The position numbers and the translations under genes were made by a program. Source: Acidobacteriota bacterium (GTDB lineage Bacteria > Acidobacteriota > Blastocatellia > UBA7656). Taken from it: a stretch of DNA of 51,330 nt. The notes under the pieces were generated by a model, which searched no databases, had not been told where the DNA came from, and saw nothing but the letters and a program-made list of their open reading frames with translations. The DNA lies in contig JBFMAU010000003.1 of assembly GCA_040755335.1 (NCBI GenBank), positions 1 through 51,330 on the forward strand, in the 5' to 3' direction. Shown one piece after another: positions 27,346 to 36,188 of this stretch. Every line of letters begins with the position of its first letter. Position 1 is the stretch's first letter.

Positions 27346-28707
27346 TCAAACTCCCGGCATCGCCTTCTTGAGCGGCTTCAACAGTAGAAACAGAACTACG
27401 GCCATCACCAGCGCCATCGCGCCAAGCACAGCGAAGAAGGATGAGTGAAGCCAGCGATCCCAGTAAACCCCGATCATCGTAAGCTTGTTGCCGATGGCTG
27501 TAGCTACGAACCATCCTCCCATCATCAGCCCGCGCATTCTTATGGGAGCGACCTTCGAAACCAGCGACAGCCCCATGGGGGAAAGCATAAGTTCGCCCAG
27601 CGACACGACCGCATAAGAGCTTATGATCCATGCAGCCGATACTTTATATGAGTAGAAGTCGTTTCCTGTAAGAGTAGCTTCTCCGATTTTTGCGGCGATG
27701 TAGAGGACGAAGAAGGAAAGACCTGTGAGTGTCATTCCGATGGCCATCTTGGTGGGTGTAGAAGGTTCCTTGCCTCTTCTGTCGAGTTGCTTCCACATCC
27801 AGACCAGAGGAAAAGTGAGCGCAACGATCCAGAAAGGATTGATCGCATTCGATATGGTCCCGCTAACCTGCCAGTCAGTGTTTTCATCAGCCCAGTAAGT
27901 GAGCGTTGAGCCGTTCTGGTGAAAGACCATCCAGAAAACTATCACTATCAGGAAAATCACTATCAACGCGACTATGCGTTTCCACTCCGGCACTGCATCC
28001 ATCTCGTTGGCCGCATTGATCGCCTTCTGCGCCGACTCTGAGGTGCCAGTATGCGAGACTTGCGCGCCGTGTTTCGGGTCTTCCACGTAGCTCTTGAACC
28101 ACCAAAGCGTGCCAACTGAAATCAACATTCCGAATGCTGCTATGGCGAATGCGGGATGATAGCCGAATCGCGCCTTGACCACTTCCATCACCACAGGGCC
28201 AAGGAAGGCTCCTATGTTTATGCCCATGTAAAAGATGTTGTAAGCGCGGTCTTTGAGGTGACTGCCTTCCGGGTAAAGGTTCCCGACCATAGTCGAGACA
28301 TTGGGCTTGAAGAGACCGTTGCCTATGACCAGACAGGTCAACGCAGCATAGACTATGGGCAGAGACCTGAAGGAAAGAAGCAGGTGTCCGGCCATGAAGA
28401 AAACCCCGCCGATCATCACCGCCCTGCGATAGCCGATCTTTTTATCGGCAAGCCAGCCGCCCACAAGAGGGCTGGCGTAAACGAACATCAAGTAGTTTGC
28501 ATAAAGCGAGGTTGCATCTTCAGCTGACCAGCCGAATCCCTCGTCGGGATTTCTCATATAAAGCGTGAAGAGCGCCAGCATCGAGTAGAAGCTGAAACGC
28601 TCCCACATCTCAGTTGCAAATAATACATACAACCCTTTAGGGTGCTTTTCGGTTGCAGAGCCGCCCGTCCCGACGGCGACTTCGGTGGAGACAGTCTTCA
28701 TTGCCAT
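27346..28707 (-). CDS. POT/PTR family proton-dependent oligopeptide transporter
   Basis: EMWERFSFY, GGWLAD, GNGLFKPN and FYMGINIG motifs. Start at ATG 28707 with GAGG RBS. Confidence 0.93.
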   Translation of the reverse strand: MAMKTVSTEVAVGTGGSATEKHPKGLYVLFATEMWERFSFYSMLALFTLYMRNPDEGFGWSAEDATSLYANYLMFVYASPLVGGWLADKKIGYRRAVMIGGVFFMAGHLLLSFRSLPIVYAALTCLVIGNGLFKPNVSTMVGNLYPEGSHLKDRAYNIFYMGINIGAFLGPVVMEVVKARFGYHPAFAIAAFGMLISVGTLWWFKSYVEDPKHGAQVSHTGTSESAQKAINAANEMDAVPEWKRIVALIVIFLIVIVFWMVFHQNGSTLTYWADENTDWQVSGTISNAINPFWIVALTFPLVWMWKQLDRRGKEPSTPTKMAIGMTLTGLSFFVLYIAAKIGEATLTGNDFYSYKVSAAWIISSYAVVSLGELMLSPMGLSLVSKVAPIRMRGLMMGGWFVATAIGNKLTMIGVYWDRWLHSSFFAVLGAMALVMAVVLFLLLKPLKKAMPGV

Positions 28708-29229
28708 AGTCTGGTATACCTCTTCGTTTAATTGTGAGCGGGAAACGAAACAGATTCGGATCACCTGCATCCGCCGTAGATCATGTCCGTAACATCCTGT
28801 CGAAGAATGCTCTGCGAGGCAGATCAGGCAGAGAGATTCTATATGAGCATGGCACACAGCAGCAACTACTTTTACCTCAAGCGTCAATCAGACCCTCATC
28901 GCTTGTCGCACTTCGCACCTATCAGGTTCCGCCAAAACTCAGGCCACATCTTTTGATCTCGTTCACCTGCCTTCCAACTTTTATATCGAAAGCTCTGCTG
29001 TTTTCCTCCCACTTTTCATTCTCAAAATTCCCAATGGGAATCTTTGCCTTCGCCTAACAAATGCAATCGTGCAGGTTTGATATCGGCTTTGATTCCGATT
29101 CGGCTATTTCAAATTATTCATACATTTAGTCTGTAGAATGAGAGTGTCAGGCCGGGGCGCGAGGCGTAAAATGCGGGGCCGGAACAGATGTTTTGACCTT
29201 ATCGCCTCAAGGAACTAGAATCCCCGTCT

Positions 29230-30360
29230 ATGCAGATAATCGCTTTTATGCTTTCCGTCCTTTTGCTTCTTCAGTCCGGTCAGGACAGGCCCATTGCGGC
29301 AGAGCAAACGATCGAGCCGCCTGTTTCGACTTCGCGGCTTGCCCTGCCCTTCAAAAAAGCCTGGCAGTATCTCACAGACAGCGCATCGCCTTTCCCTCCC
29401 GCCGTCGATGATTCGAGAATATTCCTGCCTCTTGCGGGCGGGCAAATGCTTTGTCTCAATCGAGAGACGGGCGACCTCCTTTGGTCGAGCGAATTGGGAG
29501 GAATCATCAGCGCGCCTCCTGTCGCTGGTGAAAAAGCTCTCTTCGTAGCCGCGCGCAAACTCGGCGCGGACGGGGCGGATGCGGGCGCATCCCTTCGCGC
29601 TATGGATAAAGCGACGGGCCTGACTCTGTGGGCGCGCGATTACCCGCGTCCTTTCGCTTCGATGACGGTCGCAAAAGAAAGAATCTATGCGGGCTGTGAT
29701 GACGGCGCGCTCTATGCTCTCAGCCCCGTCGGAGAGGCGGTCTGGAAAGCTCAGACTCAGGATAGGGTGCGAGGGCTGCCGCTCGCAGTCGGGCAAACGG
29801 TTTATTTCGGAAGCGACGATGGGGCCTTGCGCGCAATCGAAGCGGAAAGCGGACGGGAAGCATGGAAGTTTCAAACGGGCGCGAAAATTTCCGGGCAGCC
29901 TGCAATCGATGACCGCTCGATTTACTTTGGGTCAGGCGATGGATTCGTGTATGCGATTGATCTCGCCACGCGAAAACTTCGCTGGCGCTCGCGCACGGGC
30001 GCAGCCATAGAAGCTGCGGTCGCGCTTGCGGGCAAGATGCTGATCGCCGCTTCGTTCGATAATTTCGTCTACGCGCTCTCCTGCAAGCGCGGGAATCGAA
30101 TATGGAAAAAAAGGCTCGAAGGTCGCATAGCCGCCGCCCCGATTGTCGAGGGAGATGCCACGCTCATCGCGCCTCTGCGCAGTGAGTATGCCGCCGTTTT
30201 GTTCAACCCTGACGGACGACCCGTCGGATTTTTTCGACTGGATAAGGGGATGGAGATCGTAGCCCGGCCAGTGCTTATGGGAGATATGCTCGCCGTTGCC
30301 ACCGACAAGGGGCTTGTGGTGGCAAGGCGAGCTTCAAAGGAGGCAACTGCGGTGAGGTAA
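29230..30360 (+). CDS. PQQ-like beta-propeller repeat protein (BamB-like), exported
   Basis: Signal peptide and repeated Y.GS.DG.LYA.D..TG...W units. Confidence 0.85.
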   Translation: MQIIAFMLSVLLLLQSGQDRPIAAEQTIEPPVSTSRLALPFKKAWQYLTDSASPFPPAVDDSRIFLPLAGGQMLCLNRETGDLLWSSELGGIISAPPVAGEKALFVAARKLGADGADAGASLRAMDKATGLTLWARDYPRPFASMTVAKERIYAGCDDGALYALSPVGEAVWKAQTQDRVRGLPLAVGQTVYFGSDDGALRAIEAESGREAWKFQTGAKISGQPAIDDRSIYFGSGDGFVYAIDLATRKLRWRSRTGAAIEAAVALAGKMLIAASFDNFVYALSCKRGNRIWKKRLEGRIAAAPIVEGDATLIAPLRSEYAAVLFNPDGRPVGFFRLDKGMEIVARPVLMGDMLAVATDKGLVVARRASKEATAVR

Positions 30361-30776
30361 GGGGCGATGGCTGTCACAGTGCCGAGTACACGCGCTGCGC
30401 GCTATGTCTCCCCCGGCACTGCGACGGGGGCATCGGATCGAAAAACGTGAGGGCTATTCCGATCAGGGGCATACATAAAGGGGCTGTTGGAGGCCAGCGG
30501 TACTGAAGGGGCGAACAAGAGGCTGAAGAAGCAAACTATAATTGCAAAAAACCTGCTGACTACTTCGGCTTCAACGCCTGCTTATATTACAATCTCCGTT
30601 CCATAAACCGCGCTCACGCGCCTCTTTCTCAGAGGTGGTTGATTCACAAGGTCTTATCTTCAGGTTCCGGTCAGATGACTTACAGGACGAAAAACCGCCC
30701 TCAGCCAGATTGCAGGAATCCGGTCGGGCGATATGATCTAATTTGACCGAAAGTGATATGAGATACGCAGCGCGAA

Positions 30777-31973
30777 TCAGCCCGCCAGGACGCGGCACAT
30801 GATCTCTATCCCAAGGGCGATTTTTTCAGGCGTTTCCTTCGAATAAGCGAGCCGCAGCGTATCGCCCCCGCTTCCGTCTACAAAGAAAGGGCGACCGGGG
30901 ACATACGCCACGCCTTCCTCAATAGCGCGAGGCAATGCATCCGTAGCATCGATTCCTTCAATTTGCATAAGGATGAAAAAGCCGCCAAGCGGACGAGTCC
31001 ACTTCGCTCCCCGTGGGGCGTGACGGTCGAGCGCATCGAGCATGGATTTGCAACGCAGATGGTAAAACTGGCGCATATAGGGGAGGCGATTTTCGATCAA
31101 CCCTGTTCGGGCGGCTTCGGCAACTATCGCCTGATCCAGCACGCTCGATGAAAGGTCGGCTCCTTCTTTGGCAAGCTCGCACCGGGCGGCAATCGGATCA
31201 GGCGCATACATCCACGCCGCTCTCAGCCCCGGCGCGAGGACTTTTGAAAAACTGCTGAGATAAATGACCCGTGAAGCGTCCATAGCCACGAGCGCATCAG
31301 GCCGCGCGCCGCCGTCGAAGTGCAATTCATAATAAGGATCGTCTTCGATGATCAGCAGGTCGTATTGTCGGGCGATAGCGATCAACTCCGCTCGCCGACT
31401 TTCTGAAAGAGTTACCCCGGATGGGTTCTGAAAATTGGGTATCGTGTAAATCAGCTTCACTCTCCGCCCTTCCGTTCGCAGACGGTCGAGGGTCTCGCGA
31501 AGATGCACGGTATCGATTCCCTCTTCATCCTGACGGACGCCAACCATCTCGGCCCCGGCGTTATGAAGCGCAATGATCCCGCCTATGTAACCGGGCAGCT
31601 CGACTATCGCCACATCCTTTGGATCGAGCAGCACGCGGGCCGCAAGGTCGAGTCCCTGCTGAGAACCTGTCGTAAGCTGCACGCCCGAAGGGGATGCTTC
31701 CCTCGCTCCGCGCGCGCGCATCGTTTCAGCCACATGTTCGACCAGAGACCGATTCCCCCGCGTCGGGCCATATTGCAAAGCCGTCGCGCCGCTTTCGCGA
31801 ATTACGCGAGCCGATATCTCAGCCAGTTCCTCAAGGGGAAATGTCTCGGCGCTTGGCGCTCCCGCCGCGAGCGAAATCACATTGCCGCGCGAAAGCAGCG
31901 CGGTGAGTTTACGAATATCGTTCGGCTTGAGCGACAGGCCGATCTTCGAGAGGCTGTCATTATAATCAATCAT
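30777..31973 (-). CDS. PLP-dependent class I aminotransferase (LysN/ARO8-like)
   Basis: LQYG, GSQQG, FQNPSG, IEDDPY and SFSKVLAPGLR motifs. Confidence 0.92.
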   Translation of the reverse strand: MIDYNDSLSKIGLSLKPNDIRKLTALLSRGNVISLAAGAPSAETFPLEELAEISARVIRESGATALQYGPTRGNRSLVEHVAETMRARGAREASPSGVQLTTGSQQGLDLAARVLLDPKDVAIVELPGYIGGIIALHNAGAEMVGVRQDEEGIDTVHLRETLDRLRTEGRRVKLIYTIPNFQNPSGVTLSESRRAELIAIARQYDLLIIEDDPYYELHFDGGARPDALVAMDASRVIYLSSFSKVLAPGLRAAWMYAPDPIAARCELAKEGADLSSSVLDQAIVAEAARTGLIENRLPYMRQFYHLRCKSMLDALDRHAPRGAKWTRPLGGFFILMQIEGIDATDALPRAIEEGVAYVPGRPFFVDGSGGDTLRLAYSKETPEKIALGIEIMCRVLAG

Positions 31974-31983
31974 TGGATTCTCG

Positions 31984-32493
31984 CTATTTCACATTGAACT
32001 CCAGATCGACCTGAAGGCTTGGTTGAGCCGGATCATTCGATTTTATCGTCACCGATTTGGTGTGCGGGCCGGGTGAGTTGCCTGTTTCGAGCTTGACCTT
32101 GATTGCGCCCGCCTTACCAGGCGGGAGGACTCGCGGGAAGTCCACAGCCGTGCATCCTCAGCTTGGAACGACCGATTCTATTTTCAAATCGGCCTTGCCC
32201 ATATTTTTAATCGCGATCGTTCGCACGATGCTTTTGCCCGCTCGCTGCTTCCCGAAATCTATTTTTCTGACCGGCACGAACAATTTCGGCTGAGGCCCCG
32301 TCGCCGCAGGCGCAGACGCAGGAGGAGCGGAAGCGACGACAGCGGAAGAGGTAGTGACAGGCGCGGGGGTATTATCAACCTGAGCCGCGGGCTGAGGCTT
32401 TTCGGCGGAGGATTCATCAGGCGCAGATGAACAACCGCTCATCAACGCAGAGGCGATGATCAAAACGCAAAACATCAGCAGTGCTTTTTTCAT
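31984..32493 (-). CDS. DUF1573-like Ig-fold lipoprotein with in-frame UGA at codon 112 (candidate selenoprotein, 169 aa)
   Basis: Lipobox LMSG-C21, Pro/Ala linker, IDFG...IKN.G.ADLKIESVVPS-(TGA 32160-32158)-GCTAVDFPRVLPPGKAGAIKVKLETG...KSVTIKSNDP...FNVK-TAG at 31984. Confidence 0.75.
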
Positions 32494-32529
32494 GGCCCGA
32501 ATAATTTACCACAAAAGCCGCCTGAGTCA

Positions 32530-32895
32530 TCAGCCCTCTTCGCTGGATACATCAAGCATTGCGACGGTCGCGCCCCAGCCTCCGGCTTCCATAGGCGCAT
32601 CAGTGAATGAAATGACGAACGGCGTGCGCGCGAGAATCGCCCGAACCATCTCTCTTTGAACGCATATCCCCTTGCCGTGAATTATTCGGACGTGTGAGAG
32701 ACGGCGACTGCGCGCCGATTGGAGAAAGTCTTCGACCACTGCTTTCACCTGACGGGGCGGTATCGAGTGCAGATCGATCACGTCCGTCAATTCGATCACT
32801 ACAGGATCGGGAAACGGGTTCATCAGATCGATGGATTCGTCCTCCTCGTCCTCTTCTTTCTGCGGGCGGCGAAAGAGTCTCAACAGATAATCCAT
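32530..32895 (-). CDS. Smr/MutS2 C-terminal domain protein
   Basis: IDLH, RIIHGKG and GGWGATV motifs. Start at ATG 32895. Confidence 0.9.
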   Translation of the reverse strand: MDYLLRLFRRPQKEEDEEDESIDLMNPFPDPVVIELTDVIDLHSIPPRQVKAVVEDFLQSARSRRLSHVRIIHGKGICVQREMVRAILARTPFVISFTDAPMEAGGWGATVAMLDVSSEEG

Positions 32896-32940
32896 GGCCA
32901 AAAGATTATTCGCCCGCGCTCGTCGCCTCAAGCCATGGAT

Positions 32941-33077
32941 AGGGCTGTTGCAAAGTCGCGTGACAACAGAAAAAGTAGACCACCCTGGGAGCGCACGCCG
33001 ATTGCGTGCTAGGCTTCATTAGTCGCTCCTTGCCCGAATGCGTAAGCCTTGCGCGCTGGAAGCGTGCGCCCCCAGGA
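32941..33077. mobile_element. MITE/REP-like element, copy 2 (inverted relative to 4053-4207; one end differs)
   Basis: Reverse complement matches ~4070-4206 with a few substitutions. Confidence 0.75.
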
Positions 33078-33167
33078 ACATGGACGGAAGCTTTGCTTGC
33101 CTGCTGTTTTGAAAACATGAATAATTGACTTTCGATTTTTGCGCGCAGGCAGATCATCCGCGTCTTT

Positions 33168-33959
33168 ATGATTTTATTTCGCCTCTCCTTTTTCATGACC
33201 TTCATACTGGCATTCGGCGGCGATCAGTCTTCGCAAACCCCGAAGGCGAGGCAGAACTATTTTGCCGTCGTAAAAGCCTCTCCTGAGAGGCAGGCAAAAG
33301 TTGAGCGCGAATGGAGACGCATGCTCGAAGCTTACAACGCTCCGCCATCGAAACCCGATCTTCATCCCATAACCTGCGCCCCGCGCTCGCTGGCCGAAGC
33401 GGCGGGCAAAATAGATATAATCTCGAAGCGAACGGAGCAGGACGGAGAATTGCGCTCGGCAGTCAAACAATTCATTGATCGCTGGCGAGACCTCCTCGGC
33501 GCAGACCCCGATTCGGTTTCGCTCATAAGCGTCACAGACGCGGGCGACGCTCGACGATTGATTTTCAAACAGGCCAATTATCCTTTTCCCGTCGCGGGCA
33601 ATTTCGGAGAGATGACTCTAGTCGTCAGCCCGGAGGGGCGACTGCTTCAACTTGAAGATCGTTTCATCCCGGTCGTCGAAACGCCCGTGCGACCGGAATA
33701 TCAAAGAGAGGACGCGCGAAAACGAGTGGCTGGCCGCTCATTCGCTTATCGCGACGCGGCAGGAAAAGAGCAGAGAGAGCAGATCGCCGAGGATCAAATC
33801 GCGGTCAAACAATTAGTCATTCTGCCAATAGAAAAAGGCGACCGTATTGAAGTCCGTCTGGCGTGGGAGATAATCGCGGGGGGCGCGCTTTCGTGGACTG
33901 TCTACATAGACGCCATCACGGGCGAAGAGTTGCAGGTGACGCAGAACTTTCAGACCTGA
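33168..33959 (+). CDS. Exported hypothetical protein with a PepSY/propeptide-like C-terminus
   Basis: Signal peptide, F.Q....PV (FTP-like), LAWEI...W.VYIDAITGE (PepSY-like). No catalytic domain. Confidence 0.65.
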   Translation: MILFRLSFFMTFILAFGGDQSSQTPKARQNYFAVVKASPERQAKVEREWRRMLEAYNAPPSKPDLHPITCAPRSLAEAAGKIDIISKRTEQDGELRSAVKQFIDRWRDLLGADPDSVSLISVTDAGDARRLIFKQANYPFPVAGNFGEMTLVVSPEGRLLQLEDRFIPVVETPVRPEYQREDARKRVAGRSFAYRDAAGKEQREQIAEDQIAVKQLVILPIEKGDRIEVRLAWEIIAGGALSWTVYIDAITGEELQVTQNFQT

Positions 33960-33997
33960 TATTTGAAATCTCAAATTTGAGATTTGAGATTTCAGAC
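33960..33997. repeat. Heptamer repeat hairpin (GAAATCT CAAATTT GAGATTT GAGATTT)
   Basis: Seen directly in the intergenic region. Confidence 0.6.
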
Positions 33998-34011
33998 TGG
34001 ATGCAAAAAAA

Positions 34012-36183
34012 ATGGAAACAGTAATAACACGGGACTCGGACGTAATAAGAGAATATCTGGACGTGATGGACGCTCGCGAGCAGAGCCTTTCGCCTTTCGC
34101 TCGTCTGGTCGCCACTATCAAACTCGCCCGCCTTCGCCGCGAGCTTGCCACTACCGCTATAGAAACGACTGAGGATGATCTGGCAGCGCTGCGCCGCAGA
34201 ATCGATGAGCGAACCAGTAGCTCTCTGCTGCGCAGGTTTCAGGCGAGACCTCTCGGCGCGCGGCTGTCGATTTTTCTCCTCATCCTGCTCGGCCAGCAGG
34301 CGGCGCTTCTTCTCATATTTTTCGCCACATGGCTTTTCGTGAAATTCGCTCCCGTAGATAAACGGTGGAATCCTGCGCTTCCAAACGAGCAGCCTGCCTT
34401 TCTCTACGTTTTTCTTTTCTTCTTCTTCTTCGCCACTCCGATGATGGCGCTGCTCGCAGTTTTCGGCGGCAGGTTCTTTCGCTCGTGGCGAGCGACCGCG
34501 CCTGCGACCGCGCTTCTGGTGTTGATGTCGGCAGCAGTCGCTTTCGTGGCCTTGCCGAGCGCGCAACTCGGCAAGGTCTTCAAATCGCTCGAGCAGGTCG
34601 TCAATCCCGCGCTTCGCACTTCATCGACGGATCAGTTCATCAGAAAGCGCGCGCTCGGAGGTATGGAATCCTATCGCCAGTGGATCGAAGCCAACTCGAT
34701 TCTCAAAGACGCGCGACTTCGCAGCGATTACGAAAGCTATTTGCGAACGGGGCCGGGTCGCTGGATCACTTCGCGCTTCGATTCGCAAACAGACGCGGCG
34801 TGGGTCACTTCGATGGATGTGATGGAAGAATATCTCGACCAGCATCAGGACGCAGAAGGATTTCGCCAATGGCTGAAATACTACTTCGACCGCAATCGCA
34901 TTTACTCCGAAGAGCGCATCGATCAGGAGATTTCTTCTATCACCGCCGACGCGCAGATGATAGGCGTCTGGCAGGTCGAACCCTTTCTGCGCGAGCGCGA
35001 CGAACGACTCTACCGCGCTCATTTCGGAACGGTCAGCCTGAGAATGAAACGCATCGCGCTGATAGGGCTTGGAGCTTTGCTGCTGCTGTTTCTCCTGGTT
35101 TGTCTCGTAAGGCTCGCTTTCGCGTCTACGAGAAGAAGGCGAGTCGCGCCTCCGATTGTAGAATCCGAGGAAACTCCAATAGCTCCCTCATCGCGCAACG
35201 ATTCATTTCCCGAACGACCGTACATCAAGACGATGCCTTTCTTCGACGCGCCTTTCGAAATACTCTCGCGCGTTCATAAATCGTTTCTTCGCATAGCGGT
35301 CTTCGCCATCGTTTTCGTCTTCCTGTTCTGGATAGCCGTCTACGGTTCTGCTCTGGCTTCGACGCCCGTAAATCCTCAGTCGCAACTCGCGCTGATGCGC
35401 AGCTACATTTTCTTCCTGTCGGATGACGAGGCGAAGCCTGCGGAGTCGACTGGCGACCCGCGCATCGCGGCGATGTCTGAAAAAATCGATGAAGGCGAGT
35501 ATCAGTACACAAAGAAGCTCAAGGCGCAGGATCAGACAATCGCCAGTCACATATCAGATATCGCGCAGCTCAAAACTTTTTCGATGCAGTTTCAGCAGAC
35601 CACTTCCACGCTTCCCACCCAGCTTGCCGAACTGAGTTCGCGCGCTTCGGCGGCGGAATCGCGCGTGGGCGAAGTGATGGGGCAGGTTTCGGGGGTCAAG
35701 CAGAAGGCCGACGCGCTCGAAGGCCAGCTTGCGTCGAAACTCGGACAGGTCGAAACCCGCACGGCGCGCGCCAGCGATCAGATAGGCAAAATCGAAGAGC
35801 AGGCTTCTCTGCTTGCGACCCGCACCGAAGCGCTCGAAAAAGAGCTTGACCGCCGCGCCCGCCAGATCGAAGCGCGAACGGAAGAGTTGGGCGAACGCAC
35901 TGCCGCGCTCAACGAACGCGAGGAGCGCATCGCCCGCTTTCAGCGCATAGCCTTCAGAGCCATACTTTCAGGCATCACATCTGATGTAGATGAGCTTGAC
36001 CGCCGCTCGGCAAGCGGGTCTTCGCGCGCCGAGGTTCAACTCCGTGGCGACGCGCTGGCGAAGCGAATCAGCGCGATGACGAAAGAGTTGAGCGAGATCA
36101 ACACCGATCAGGCGAAACAGTTCATCACGGAGCTTGATGAATTGAAGAAGAGACTGGATCAGATACTCGCTCGCGCGAAATAA
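34012..36183 (+). CDS. Membrane protein (~5 TMs) with a long C-terminal coiled coil
   Basis: Hydrophobic segments followed by a ~230-aa heptad region. Confidence 0.75.
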   Translation: METVITRDSDVIREYLDVMDAREQSLSPFARLVATIKLARLRRELATTAIETTEDDLAALRRRIDERTSSSLLRRFQARPLGARLSIFLLILLGQQAALLLIFFATWLFVKFAPVDKRWNPALPNEQPAFLYVFLFFFFFATPMMALLAVFGGRFFRSWRATAPATALLVLMSAAVAFVALPSAQLGKVFKSLEQVVNPALRTSSTDQFIRKRALGGMESYRQWIEANSILKDARLRSDYESYLRTGPGRWITSRFDSQTDAAWVTSMDVMEEYLDQHQDAEGFRQWLKYYFDRNRIYSEERIDQEISSITADAQMIGVWQVEPFLRERDERLYRAHFGTVSLRMKRIALIGLGALLLLFLLVCLVRLAFASTRRRRVAPPIVESEETPIAPSSRNDSFPERPYIKTMPFFDAPFEILSRVHKSFLRIAVFAIVFVFLFWIAVYGSALASTPVNPQSQLALMRSYIFFLSDDEAKPAESTGDPRIAAMSEKIDEGEYQYTKKLKAQDQTIASHISDIAQLKTFSMQFQQTTSTLPTQLAELSSRASAAESRVGEVMGQVSGVKQKADALEGQLASKLGQVETRTARASDQIGKIEEQASLLATRTEALEKELDRRARQIEARTEELGERTAALNEREERIARFQRIAFRAILSGITSDVDELDRRSASGSSRAEVQLRGDALAKRISAMTKELSEINTDQAKQFITELDELKKRLDQILARAK

Positions 36184-36188
36184 AATTT

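Noticed and set aside
28708-28887. N-terminal extensions of track ORFs (POT 28887, pyrK 41101, HNH 1258, hsp20 3469)
   Set aside because: Non-homologous extensions; downstream ATGs fit family starts, most with RBS motifs or stop-start coupling.
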